From Eledone cirrhosa (Eukaryota): a stretch of 64,000 nt of DNA. The DNA lies in the NCBI GenBank assembly GCA_964016885.1, contig OZ024746.1, forward strand, positions 72,664,001-72,728,000. The letters are read 5' to 3'. Below are positions 1 through 11,634 of this stretch, piece after piece. Below the pieces are notes generated by a model, which was not told the origin of the DNA, searched no databases, and was given only the letters and a program-made list of their open reading frames with translations. The position numbers and the translations under genes are program-made. Every line of letters starts with the position of its first letter. Positions within the stretch are counted from its first letter, which is position 1.

Positions 1-321
1 GAGTAAAGCAGTTAAATTATAAAGAGGTCGTTATTGTTACGTTTGTTGTTTCATAAATTCATCTGTTGCTTTTGAATATTTGTTATTTGATGTAAAATGT
101 AACGTTGAGAGAGCAGTATTTAGTGTTTAAATTTTGATATTTGATGTATGAGTGTCGTTATGACTGTAGAGAGGGGGAATAATCTATTGTAGAGAGAGGG
201 AAGAGCGACGGAGAGAGTAAAGCTATGGTTGTTGTGTTGCTTAGGTTTCAAAGTTTGTGTCACGTTCCTTCAAAAGAAGTTTTGTTGTTCTAAACTGTAA
301 AGGGTAGTAGACGGAGGCAGT

Positions 322-451
322 AACCTTTTAAAGAGAGTTGCAGAGGAGATTGAGGGGGGGAGTAGAGAGAGTGGTGAACCTTTTAAAGAGAGTTGCAGAG
401 GAGATTGAGAGTGGAGTAGAGGAAAATATGAACCTTTTAAAGAGAGTTGCA
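322..451. repeat. Short tandem repeat, ~54-bp unit, ~2.5 copies
   Basis: AACCTTTTAAA(A)GAGAGTTGCA recurs at ~322, ~377 and ~431, with GA-rich spacers. Confidence 0.8.
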
Positions 452-717
452 ACATGTATGTAGTTTCATATATTTTTTTATGGTAGTAGTGAGAGGAATG
501 AAGCGTGTAAGAGAGAGGGTTACAGCATGTATTTAGTTTTATCGATTTTTTTTCATAGAAGCAGGAGATTTTTGGTAAAAATAATTACTGCCCTGGTAAA
601 TTTGGAGCACATTGGAAAAGAATTCATCAAAATCGGTAGAGAAATGTGGAAATGCATAAAAATCATACACACACACAGACAGACATCTACCGTTTTATAT
701 ATAGAGAGATAATTATA

Positions 718-2582
718 TATCATCATCATGATCATCATCGTTTAAGGTCTATCTTCCATGCTAGCATTGGTTTAGACAGGAATTGTCCCACTTGAGGCAA
801 GATTGGTTGTATTGCTCGTAGAGGACTGTCTGGCAGGTTTTCTACGGCTAGATGCCCTTCCTAACACCAACCACGTTTACAGTGTGGGCTGGGAGGTTTT
901 TACCGTGTTACCTACACGGCCACATTACAGCGTGGACTGTGTGTTTTTTTGTTGTGACACAACCTCATTTATTTAGGACTGGATACAGAGAAAAGGGTGG
1001 TGTAGATGGGGGTGGGGGTAGTGGGATGGGGGTGTTATTTTGGTTAAGAGGTGCCTACTGACTGTAGGTTTCGCTTTGTACTTAGGCAAGGCGGGTCTTC
1101 TGTATTACTGCGTAGCACCAAAGATCTCGGTCCAGTGACATTGTCTTAGAGAGGGGTAAGTGTGTAAGGTCGGAATTTATCAAATCATCCCAGGTTTTTC
1201 TGGGTCTGCCTACTCCATAGCTTCCATCAATTTTGATCGCCCTGCACATTTTTATACAGCTGTCGTCTTTCATGTACATCACATGACCATACCAACGTAG
1301 TCTTCTCTCGAGTAAACAGCATCTCATCCTTCTTATTCCTAATTTCTCACTTAGTTCATTTATGCTTTGCCATTCACATATATTACTATTACACATCCAA
1401 TGGAGCATGCAAGCTTCGTTCCTTTCCAGTCTGCGCAGATCCTCTGCACACAATGCCCATGTCTCACTGCCATGTAAACATTGCTGTTCATATGCAGGCA
1501 TCATACAATCTGCCTTTCATTTTTAGAGAAACCTTTAGCGGCCAATAGTGGTATAAGCTCTCTGAACTTTTTCCATCCCGTTCTGACTCTGGCTACTGTA
1601 CTTTCAGAGCACCCACCTCCACTGCTGATTTTGTCACCAGGTAACGGAAGGTGTCCACTATTTCTATAGAACCATCTGGGCAATGGAAGGAGCTAGTATC
1701 CTGAGGGCACTTGCTGCTACTTATTGCACCTGAGCACTGGCCACATATAAAATCTATGTTCTTAGTTAGCTTACCTGTGATCCCACTACATCTTTTATGC
1801 TCCCATACTTTGCATTTGGGACATAAAATGGAGTTTCTGCCTACTCCTTTCCTACACACTGAGCATGGCCATTTCCCAGAGGGGCCCAGTGCTCTATTTT
1901 CCTTCCTACATACTAGAACTTTAGTCTTAGACAAGTTAATTTTAAGGCCTTTTGGTTCTAGGCCATGCTTCCATGTTTGGAATTTCTTCTCTAGTTCAGC
2001 CATTGATTCAGCTATGAGCGTTAGATCATCTGCATATAGAAGTTCCCATGGGCAGCCGGTCTTGAACTCCTCTGTTATAGCCTGAAGGGCAATAATAAAT
2101 AGGAGGGGGCTAAGGACAGAGCCCTGATGAACACCAACTTTTACGCTAAATTCTTCACTATATTCGTTGTTAATTCTAACCTTGCTGACTGTTTCTTTAT
2201 ACATGGCTTGTATAGCTCTCACAAGCCATTCATCAACACCTAGTTTTCTAAGAGCCCACCAGATAATGGAGCGGGGGACTCTGTCAAAGGCTTTCTCCAA
2301 GTCAACAAAAGCTAAGTATAGGGGTTTACTTTTAGCTAGGTACTTCTCCTGTAATTGTCGTACAAGGAAAAGAGCGTCTGTGGTACTTTTACCTGACACA
2401 AACCCAAACTGCATTTCATCTAGGTCAATTCCCTCTCTGATTAGTTGCGCTATAACTCTTTCTGTGACCTTCATGACCTGGTCATTTAATTTAATGCCTC
2501 TACAGTTAATGATGATGCTGCTACGCCAGTCATTTGGTATGACCCCATTCTGTATGACTTGGTATACTATCCGGGTGACCAT
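718..2582 (-). mobile_element. RTE-clade LINE, 5'-truncated, frameshifted; RT plus PHD-like Cys finger, (GAT)n 3' tail
   Basis: ORF 1593-2582 has FVDLEKAFDRV, GVHQGSVLSPLLF and LLYADD, then CSVC...CPKC..H.RC...CGQC. ORF 1082-1504 has LHGSETW, RRLRWYGHV and GRPRKTW. A (CAT)n tail lies at ~718-740. Confidence 0.92.
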
Positions 2583-2611
2583 AGTGTATATATATAATAT
2601 ATATATTTATA

Positions 2612-2642
<31 letters not shown>

Positions 2643-2657
2643 ATATATATATATAAT

Positions 2658-2691
<34 letters not shown>

Positions 2692-2694
<3 letters not shown>

Positions 2695-3680
2695 GGTTTC
2701 TTTATTGAAGAAAAACATTATAGACGGTACAGGACAATACAAAGTGGGTTTTGGCCATGTAAAAAGGTTATAAGACAGAAACGTGTAAAAAACAAATTAA
2801 AAAATTCAAACAACAAAAATTCCCCAAAAAGGGGGAAGCCTCCGAAGGTCACAAGTGGCGAAAACCACACAAAAGACCATGGCCACCCTGACCACCAGGG
2901 CAAGCGCCCTCTCTCAGTTTTCCCACTCCTCAGTCTACAGGCGCATACTCAGAGTGGGCCCATTCCCTCGGACCAGACTTTCCACTTTCACCCACCTTTC
3001 AACAAACTTACTAGAAGACAGCAGTTGCCTCTCCACCCTGATTTTCCTCTTCAAGTGAAACTTGAAAAAGTTAATCAGGGATTGGCCGGAGAGGAAAGTG
3101 TCCGTCTTGAACCCTTTCAACCTTGTCCACCACACAATCTCTTTCGCCATGGCCACCAGGCAGATGAAAACTGCCTGCCCTTCCTCCTCTTTAAAGGAGG
3201 ATGGCGGGGCTATCTGCACAATGGACTCAGTTGATAACCAGATCCGTCCTACACGCGACAGCAACTGTTCGACATAGCTCCACAAGTCAGCAATCCTCAG
3301 GCACTGAACGAGTGTGTGCAAGACGGTTTCATCGCCCTGCGCGCATCTCGGACAGGCTCGGTGTGGAGCGCTAGGGCACGGCAAGGCACTACAGACGTCG
3401 TGGCTATCCACTGCAGCCAAGGAAGTCCCTGGTCGTGACGGTCCTCCGTACCACCGGATTCTGGCTTCTGCAGCCAAGTGAGTGGGACCGTCACTGTGCA
3501 CTGGCTCTCCTACTATAAACCTTTCCCGCACAGGTTTCTTCTTTAGCGTGCACTCCCAAAGCCCTGCAGCGATGTCCCCAAACCTGCTAGTCAAGGATCG
3601 GCCTCCACAGCCACCTTCGTGCCCATGGCAGACGGGAACAACAATGAAGATGTCATCATCATTTACGATGGACAACAAAG
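2692..3680 (-). mobile_element. L1/Tx1-like non-LTR retrotransposon 3' fragment (zf-RVT domain) flanked by TA microsatellites
   Basis: CPRCAQGDETVLHTLVQC...W zinc-finger motif; ORF ends at 2935; AATAAA on the - strand near 2701; TA repeats on both sides. Confidence 0.75.
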
Positions 3681-3744
3681 ATATATATATATAATATATA
3701 TATATATATTATTAGTTATGTAATAAACAACATAAGATAATTAT

Positions 3745-3805
3745 TTCATTAACCAGTGGTTTCTTGAAGACAGATGTTATATCTGTCTTCGGTCGTCAGA
3801 ATGAA
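3745..3805 (-). ncRNA. Minimal type I hammerhead ribozyme (mirror copy)
   Basis: Reverse complement of the 3887-3947 motif: TTCATT CTGACGA [stem II] GAAA CCACTGG TT AATGAA. Confidence 0.75.
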
Positions 3806-3886
3806 TAAAAAACATGGTGTTTTTATTAAATATGGATTTGAAAATGATTTTCAAATCCATATTTAATAAAAACACCATGTTTTTTA

Positions 3887-3947
3887 TTCATTCTGACGAC
3901 TGAAGACAGATATAACATCTGTCTTCAAGAAACCACTGGTTAATGAA
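3887..3947 (+). ncRNA. Minimal type I hammerhead ribozyme
   Basis: Stem I TTCATT/AATGAA; core CTGACGA 3893-3899; 11-bp stem II TGAAGACAGAT/ATCTGTCTTCA; GAAA 3929-3932; palindromic stem III ACCA-C-TGGT; GUU cleavage triplet. Confidence 0.78.
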
Positions 3948-4154
3948 ATAATTATCTTATGTTGTTTATTACATAACTAATAAGCACTGTAGCCTACATA
4001 GAGCACTCTTTTTTTCCTGTACCTTTCCGACGGAAATACTTCATTTATATATTATTATATATACATATATATATATAACAAAGGAGCTGTAATAAGGAAC
4101 CAGATGGACCATAACGCACCAGAGTACTCAATACTTAGGGTAGTAGAGTGGGTA

Positions 4155-4273
4155 ATAGGAAAATGTATGACACCGACAGCAGTGCTCAAGCCGTTTCGAC
4201 GGCTATTTCTGGACTATTCCAGAAATAGCCGTCGAAACGGCTTGAGCTCTTCCGTCGAGGTCATACATTTTCC

Positions 4274-4276
<3 letters not shown>
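4155..4276. repeat. 122-bp inverted repeat/hairpin element
   Basis: ATAGGAAAATGTATGAC...GTCATACATTTTCCTAT, with inner perfect arms GCTCAAGCCGTTTCGACGGCTATTTCTGGA / TCCAGAAATAGCCGTCGAAACGGCTTGAGC. Confidence 0.88.
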
Positions 4277-4302
<26 letters not shown>

Positions 4303-4310
<8 letters not shown>

Positions 4311-4341
4311 CACACTATATAAGCAAGACGCACATGCGTGC

Positions 4342-4400
<59 letters not shown>

Positions 4401-4449
4401 CTCTCTGCCACACTATATAAGCAAGACGCACATGCGTGCCACACATATA
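4303..4449. repeat. Direct duplication of a ~47-bp unit separated by (TA)n
   Basis: CTCTCTGCCACACTATATAAGCAAGACGCACATGCGTGCCACACATATA occurs twice. Confidence 0.85.
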
Positions 4450-4651
4450 ACATTTGCACTATATAACCGCTTATCTTCATGTTGTATTTTAACCTGTATT
4501 TTTGATTGTACCTCTTAATATAAATGTAATCTCGAAGTGTGTACTGCCACTCTAAATTCTGTAATGAATGTTGACCCACAATGTTTGAATATGTATCGGT
4601 ATGTCTCTCGGCTGAAAAGGAGGTCATATAACTGTCCATGCATTAATAAAT

Positions 4652-4698
4652 TGCTCCGAAGAATCCAAACCTCGGTTTGGAGGAAACAGCTGTAAGCA
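4652..4698 (+). ncRNA. Minimal hammerhead ribozyme with variant core (CCGAAGA)
   Basis: TGCT CCGAAGA A-TCCAAAC-CTCG-GTTTGGA-G GAAAC AGCT GTA AGCA; palindromic stem III ACAGCTGT. Confidence 0.65.
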
Positions 4699-4729
4699 CA
4701 ATAATGTTTTGAACAGTTCTTTGATTCTT

Positions 4730-4981
<252 letters not shown>

Positions 4982-4984
4982 CGA

Positions 4985-5330
4985 GGCGCATGGCTTAGTG
5001 GTTAGAGCATTGGCCCTTACAATCGAAAGGTTGTGAGTTCAATTCTTAGACCAGGTGATGTGTTGTTTCCTTGAGCAAGACACTTTATTTCACATTGCTC
5101 CAGTTTACCCAGCTGTAGAAATGAGATGATAGGGACTGGGGTCCATATCATTCCATTGCAAAGTGGTCGTGGAGGTGCCACGGCAAAAAAGCATCCAGCA
5201 CTCACTGTAAATGAGGTTGGTGTTAGGAAGGGCATCCAGCTGTAGAAATCAAGCCAAAATCAGTTCCCGTCCCAACCTTGCAAGCAGGGAAAAAGCGGAC
5301 GTAAAATGAAATGATGATGATGATGATGAT
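4985..5330 (+). mobile_element. tRNA-derived SINE with RTE-type (GAT)n tail
   Basis: A box TGGCTTAGTGG, B box GAGTTCAATTC, CCTTGAGCAAGACACTT core. The 3' end (GGAAGGGCATCCAGC...GCGGACGTAAAATGA-(GAT)n) is shared with the RTE tail at 718-900. Confidence 0.85.
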
Positions 5331-5426
5331 TATATATATATGTAAAACATAAACAGAATAACAACACAATCGGTACAGTATATGGAAGGTATATATTAGG
5401 TTAACGCTTGATATAGCAGGAAGAGG

Positions 5427-5464
5427 TTCTTAACGTTTCGGACGCTAGTCCTTCATCAGAAGAA
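5427..5464 (-). ncRNA. Minimal hammerhead ribozyme (GAAACGUU type)
   Basis: Minus strand reads TTCTT CTGATGA A-GGAC-TAGC-GTCC GAAAC GTT AAGAA; 5-bp stem I, canonical core. Confidence 0.75.
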
Positions 5465-5635
5465 AAAATGAGAAATAAATTAGATTAAGGGGACCGGCGG
5501 GATGGAATTGAAAAAAATGTCTATATATTTGTATCGTCCTGTACTGTTCTGTGCCGTCTCTAATGTTTTTCTTCGTGTTAGCCCTTGTGGCTAATAAAGA
5601 AACCATTATTTATATGTATATATATATTATTATTG

Positions 5636-5972
5636 GTGGATTGGCAGTATCGGTAGAGGGTCGGACGCCATGCTTTGACGCATAGAGTTATGGCCCTTAT
5701 CATTCTGAGTTCAAATCCCGCCGAGGCTAACTTTGCCTTTCATCCTTACGGGATCGATAAAATTAAGTACCTGTAATGTACTGGATAATTGCTGGCCTTG
5801 TGCCAAAAGTAGAAACAATTATTATTATTATTATCCTTTACAGTCTGAGTTCAAATCTCCCCGATGTTAACTTTGCCTTTCATCCTTACGGGGTCGATAA
5901 AATAAAGTACCAGTAATGTACTGTTATAATTGCTGGCCTTGTGCCAAAAGTAGAAAATTATTATTATTATTA
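5636..5972 (+). mobile_element. Two tandem copies of a second tRNA-SINE family with (ATT)n tail
   Basis: TGGCAGTATCGGTAGA...GAGTTCAAATCCCGCCGAGG.TAACTTTGCCTTTCATCCTTACGGG.TCGATAAA...GCTGGCCTTGTGCCAAAAGTAGAAA(ATT)n; the second copy is 5'-truncated. Confidence 0.88.
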
Positions 5973-6546
5973 TATGGAGAGCGAGAGAGAAATTTTAAAA
6001 ATTATTATTTTCGCTCACACACTCTTACCATCCCCTTTCTATAAAGATTGTTACAGCGTGGGCTTAAAAAACATTACTACCACCACCATTCTCTCTCTTC
6101 CACCATGACCGATGTTTTGCACGATATGTTCAACAGCTTTAATATAATAAAAGATAGAAGCTGTGAGCGTAAGGAGGTGAACAGCTATCAGAGGATTAGA
6201 TCTTGGAATCTTTACGATCAAATAAACAACACGGAAATGGTCGTAAAGCCATCAGCTATTTCACTTCCACGCCGGAAATGGCTATGAGCCTTTGACGTGG
6301 CCAGTTTCCTTATTGATTTGAAATTGTTTATTGCCAAGAAAGGTAATGCCTTACACGAAACAGAAGAAAACTATATAAAATAAGAATGTAACTCCTTTGC
6401 ATATACACAATAAATCTGATGAATGTGGAATCGACTGACCTATCGTGAAAAATACATTTCGTTTTAATTTTTTCAACCTCCAACGTTAATGTCGGGTTGA
6501 AGATTTATAGATGTAAAAATAGCGACAGACATTTATTGACGGGTGA

Positions 6547-6598
<52 letters not shown>

Positions 6599-6724
6599 AG
6601 AGTCGTATTTATGATATGTATATATGTATCTTGAGTGACTAGCACTTGAGTTTCGCGGGGTCAACCGCTAATTTATATATTATCTATATATTCATATAGT
6701 CAGTTCAAAAACTGGGAAATTATC

Positions 6725-7363
6725 ATGAAGAATATATCTTTCAGGACGAATTCAAAAGAATGTCACTTTTGTTGCGACACTGAATCTGCAAGTGAGCCAA
6801 CAAAGGAAGAAAGGCGGGGACGTCTGAAACAATCTCGCTGGAATCCGCCTCCACGAGAACGCATTGCCCTAGTAAGTAAATCTGGTCGACAAAACATTGG
6901 ATACCGAGGACGAAGGCCCATCTTCTTTATCAAAGATTTTTATTTCACTTTACTTGACATCCAATGGCGTTGGACTATTGTATGTTTTTTTATCATATAC
7001 TTCGCTGTTTGTTTGTTTTTCACCGTCGCTTGGTACACCCTCTGCTGGATCAATGGCGACTTCGATCACCTGGGAGAACCAAATTATGAACAGTGTGTCG
7101 TAGGTATGACCGGCTTTACCAGTTTGCTTCTTTTCTCGATCGAGACCCAGACTACAGTCGGGTACGGTTTGGTCCACCCGAACGTGTCCTGCCATGGTTC
7201 CTTGGCCATCCTTTACTTCCAGGTTACTGTTGGACTTATTGTGGAGATGTTTCTACTCACCTACATTGTATCCAAGTTTTTCCGGCCTTCCAAACGTACC
7301 CATATGATTCGCTTCAGTGAAAATGCTGTGATATGTCAAGAGGACGGCGTTCTTTGTCTCCAG
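6725..7363 (+). CDS. Inward-rectifier potassium channel (Kir/KCNJ family), coding exon 1
   Basis: LLDIQWRW slide helix/M1, FSIETQTTVGYG pore and filter, M2, RPSKR, FSENAVI. Donor CAG|GTATGT at 7364, phase 0. Upstream acceptor TAG at 6697-6699 with branch-point-like GCTAAT. Confidence 0.93.
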
Positions 7364-8771
7364 GTATGTCTTCTGAATTTTTTTCTATTAAATATCACAA
7401 CTTTTAAACTTCAAACCGCTTGTATCCAACATTAGGAATCTTTGGCCAATCTTGAAAGAAGAAACTGAAAATATCTCGTCCAATTCACCCTTAGGGTTAC
7501 CTAGTTGACTCGTGTGTGTGTATATATATATATATGTGTGTGTGTGAGCATACGAAATGAATCTGGGAATTGGACGAAATATTTTCATTTTTTTTTCTCA
7601 AGAACTATTGCCAGTGACAATTCCACCTTTTTATTTTTTTCAACAATTTTTTATGTTTTGTTTATTTATTATTTTTGTGGTGGTGGGATGGGGTTAAATC
7701 ATTCGTTATTTCCCTTTCAGAATTCATAATACGAATTTTTTTAGAGCTACAAATTGTTTTACAATTGTAAAGCCTTGAAACAATTTATATTATATCGATT
7801 TGTTTGGAGACAACTTGTATCGAACCATATAAATTGGATAGACGAAAACTGTCGTAAGGATTGTACCTGCAATTTGAAGGTCCGATTTTGTCGCACAGAA
7901 TTGTGTTCATAATCGTAGATCATATGTTATTCATCCTTTTTTTCTGGAAAAAAAAAATGGTTATTGTTGGATCAGAACTGACATGAGGATAAACATCATT
8001 GGGTTTTGTACTTAATCTAAAGAAACTAGTATTTAAATTAGGTGCTTTTTCAACTTAAAATTTCGCTTGCTTTTAATGTTTGTTTGTTTTGTTTTTTTCA
8101 TTATTTCAATTTTCCAAAAAAATATTTTCACATGATGTATTTAATCATCGATAATAAAACTTCATAATGAATTGAATTGATTCAGTGTTTCTAGACTCTG
8201 CCTGTCTGTGTGTGACGGGAGGTGCCGCTAAATTATATTTCATCCACCACCACCACCACATAGTTGATCTTGTTAAGTATTTTTTCCTCCTTTCCTCCCT
8301 TGCAAACAACCCCTTCTTTGCAGCCCCATTGCTTTCCAGTCTCCCACTTCAGTCTACCAGCACTCCCAAGAGTGGAGGTAACGCCCACTTTCGGAATCAC
8401 TGAATTAAATCAATATTTTTTTGTTTGTTTTATTATTCATTTTATTTAACTGTTTATTTCATCAATCGATAAAGTAAACAAGATCAATGATATAAACTTA
8501 TTGATTCTATAGCTGATATATAAATTTATTTGAATGCGGGAGGGGTACATTTGGTAATCTGTAATAAATATAAATTAATTGGGAGAACTAATTGATTGAT
8601 GAATTATATACATTTATTGTGGGCGGGGAGAGTTTATTGATTAATAAATTATACACATTTATTGGGGGGTGGGGAGTATTTATTAATATATCATATATAT
8701 GTGTGTGTCATCTATGGGAAGCATTTATATATTTATGCATATGAATTTATAGGGAGAGGGGAAGCATATCT

Positions 8772-9085
8772 AATAATTGTTTCTATTTTTGGTACAAGGC
8801 CAGCAATTCTCCCAGTGCGTTACTGGTACTTTATTTTATCGACCCCGTAAGTATGAAAGGCAAAGTTAACCTCGGCAGGATTTGAACTCGGACCGTAATG
8901 GGGCGTATCTAATAATTGTTTCTACTTTTGGCACAAGGCCAGCAATTACCAGTGCATTATTGGTACTTTATTTTATCGACCCCGTAAGGATGAAAGGCAA
9001 AATTAACCTCGGTGCGATTTGAACTCAGACTGTAAAGGGACGTAACTATGCTGAAAAGCATGGTGTCTGACCGTCTACCAATCCA
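8772..9085 (-). mobile_element. Two tandem (ATT)n-tail SINE copies, antisense in Kir intron 1
   Basis: Reverse complement of the 5636-5972 family. Confidence 0.85.
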
Positions 9086-9620
9086 ATTTATCGGAATCGC
9101 TCAAAAACTTTATCACTGTTTCTTAGTGGGTTTTTTTCCCTTTAGTTTCAGATATAACTAGTTTAGTGCCTTACCCCACCCGTGCATTTTTTCCATGAAA
9201 CTTTCTTAAATGAAAATTTTGCGGATAATCGTTTTCCGTTAAGTACTCTCGGGTCTCGAGAGTAATTTTTCAGATTTCTTTTTCATACACATACACCACT
9301 TATTAATTTTTGCTAATCTATCTTTGACGAAATTTTATTTTAAGTGGTAGCATTCCGGGTGAAATTTAAAAAAATACATAAATACTTTCGTTATTGTATA
9401 GTTCGTTCGTTAATACTTTCATTTACTGAAAATTTTCGATTTGTTTGCGCGTGACTAAACATAAATTTGGAAATTATTTCAACATGCCATCCAATTTCGT
9501 GTTGATAATGAACGATATCAATCAAGATAATGAATGTCATTTCTACAATTAGGTATTGTGAAAAAATTATGGTTAATTTTGGTTTTCTTTATAATTTCGT
9601 CAGCATAATCGTTAGCTACA

Positions 9621-10281
9621 TCATATATATAAAACTGAGGATGTCTGTCTGTGTGTGTGTGAGTTTGAATCCCTAAAACTCGAGAAGTACCCAACCGACT
9701 TTTTTCAAACTTTACATGTGTATTACTTATGTTTCAGGGAGTGTTATGCACATTAAAAAATTCAACTTTTTGATCCCCTAGCATTAGGTGAAAAACTGCG
9801 TTTTTTTTTTTTTGTTTTTTTTTAGCTTTTTATGGGTTTTCAGAGGCGTTACGTCAGATCGATTTCCTTGAAATTGTAACTATGTATTAGTCAGTCTCTT
9901 CTTCATACCGTGAGCAAAGAAAATCCAACTTTGTTATGGCCTAGGGCCCGCATTAGGTGAAAAACTTCATTTTTTTTTTTTTTTTCCAGCTTTTTAGGGC
10001 CTTTTTTAGGCGTTACGTCTAGCCGATTTTCCCGAAATTTCAAGGCATATTATGCACATAAAAAAAAATTCATTTTCTTGATCACCTAGGGCTCGCATTA
10101 GGTGAAAACCTGCATTTTTTCTGCTTCATCGAGGAAAATCTTAAAGATTATCCAGCCATCAGAGTATTCGGTTTATTTTCTTTACATATTGTCGAGGCAT
10201 GCAGTTTTTCCACGATTAGGTCTGTTGGCGGCCCGCGTTCCAAAATACCTTATCTCGTGCAACGCCGGGTACCACTGCTAG
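9621..10281 (+). mobile_element. Non-autonomous Helitron
   Basis: A|TC 5' end followed by TATATATAAAA...GTCTGTCTGTGTG; 3' GC-rich hairpin CTCGTGCAACGCCGGG then CTAG|T; internal ~150-170-bp repeats (GCATTAGGTGAAAA at ~9781, ~9950, ~10096). Confidence 0.82.
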
Positions 10282-10394
10282 TAGAAAAGATATCTCTGCA
10301 AATTTACATTTTAAAAATAAGCATTGGAAAGAAAGTCGGTATAGGATGCAGCACTAAGCTGTAGGTATGCAATCAGTGTTTACTTGCAGACCGA

Positions 10395-10592
10395 CAATTG
10401 TTTCTACTTTTAGACACAAGGCCAGCAATTTGAAGGGAGGAGAATGTCGATTGAATCGACCCCAGTGCGTTACTGGTACTTTATTTTATCGACCTCTTAA
10501 GGATGAAAAGCAAAGCTAACCTCGGCGAGATTTGAACTCAGAGTGTAAAGGGCCGTAACTCTATGCTGCAAAGCATGTCCGATTCTGCCAAA
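10395..10592 (-). mobile_element. (ATT)n-tail SINE copy
   Basis: Same core as the 5636 family, reverse complement. Confidence 0.82.
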
Positions 10593-10795
10593 AAGCTTTT
10601 CACTCCCCCCTTTCTTTCTTTTTATATATCTAGCACCACACTATCCAATGCTTGCTTTTTTTTTTAAAAATGTAGTAGGATGAGATCTGAGGAAGATTTA
10701 GCTACCACCATTCCTTGTAGATCGAGGCTCCCCTCTTCGTTGTTTTGTTTCCTGTCACACTATTTTTATTTCAAGAATCATCCGCCATCATTATA

Positions 10796-10829
<34 letters not shown>

Positions 10830-10841
10830 TTTTTTACAAAG

Positions 10842-11106
10842 ATCCGTGTTGGAGACCTCCGTAATAAACCCCTCCAGTCAGTTACGACCCAGGGTGTATT
10901 GGTGCTGGAATCTGTCACTGGTGACGACAATGTCTGTCCTTTTTATCAACAGCAACTCTGCTTCACTGTCGACTGTATGCCGCGTGATATCTGCCTCCTA
11001 TGGCCGGTCTTACTCACACACCGTATCACTGAAGATAGTCCATTCTGGAGCTGTGGTCCGTTTGACTTCAACACTAAACGTTTTGAAATCATAATATTCC
11101 TCGAAG
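10842..11106 (+). CDS. Kir channel, coding exon 2
   Basis: Poly-T tract plus AAAG acceptor; IRVGDLR...LLWPVLLTHRITEDSPFW...FEIIIFLE; donor G|GTAGGT at 11107, phase 1. Confidence 0.92.
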
Positions 11107-11386
11107 GTAGGTTGATATGGAAACAAGGTGGAAAGTCGAGCGTTTTACTTAAAATCATTAAAAAGGGTAAATTATTTGAAACACTGGAAACAAAAATATA
11201 AGAGAAAGAAAACACTTAAATTCCGTTTTATTTTTTTCCAGTAACTTTATTTCCATTCATAGTATGTAAATGAAGTATACTTGCGTGTTTATATTTGTCT
11301 TGAATAACTATGCATGAGTGAGTGAAGTTATATAGGAATATATATATGGCTTCTTGGGTATGTCACCATTTATAAAACAAATTTTG

Positions 11387-11447
11387 TATTTTATCTGATG
11401 AGAAGGTACCAAAATTTTGGTACCCTTGAAATACATATAATAAAATA
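11387..11447 (+). ncRNA. Minimal hammerhead ribozyme, sense orientation in Kir intron 2
   Basis: 8-bp stem I TATTTTAT/ATAAAATA; CTGATGA 11395-11401; stem II GGTACCAAAATTTTGGTACC; GAAA 11428-11431; TACATA-TA. The flank ATGGTTTTATAAATATAGTTT is shared with 62881. Confidence 0.72.
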
Positions 11448-11634
11448 AATATGGTTTTATAAATATAGTTTCCATTTATTAATATCATTGATATTATACT
11501 CCAGAAAATCTATAGAGTGCTTTGAATCTGTTGTAAATAAATTTGTTGAATAACCAACAAATTAAATATCTCTTTGCTTATGTATATATATATATAATGT
11601 GTGTATGTGTATGTAAGGGCAGACAGACTGTAGG

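Larger units (their letters stand above)
3709..3983. repeat. Near-perfect palindrome (137-bp arms, 1-nt centre) carrying two divergent hammerhead ribozymes; Penelope-like/foldback element
   Basis: 3709-3845 is the reverse complement of 3847-3983, with one mismatch (3791/3901). Confidence 0.93.

Noticed and set aside
322-451. Repeat-spacer pattern superficially like a CRISPR array
   Set aside because: Only ~3 units, spacers are related to each other, eukaryotic context, no cas genes
2167-3234. 355-aa + strand ORF
   Set aside because: Antisense shadow of the RTE and Tx1 elements bridged by a TA repeat
4985-5056. tRNA-like sequence with a TAC-type loop
   Set aside because: Continues directly into a SINE core and RTE-type tail; the cloverleaf is degenerate
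6415-6455. CTGATGA...GAAA upstream of Kir
   Set aside because: No stem II or stem I pairing
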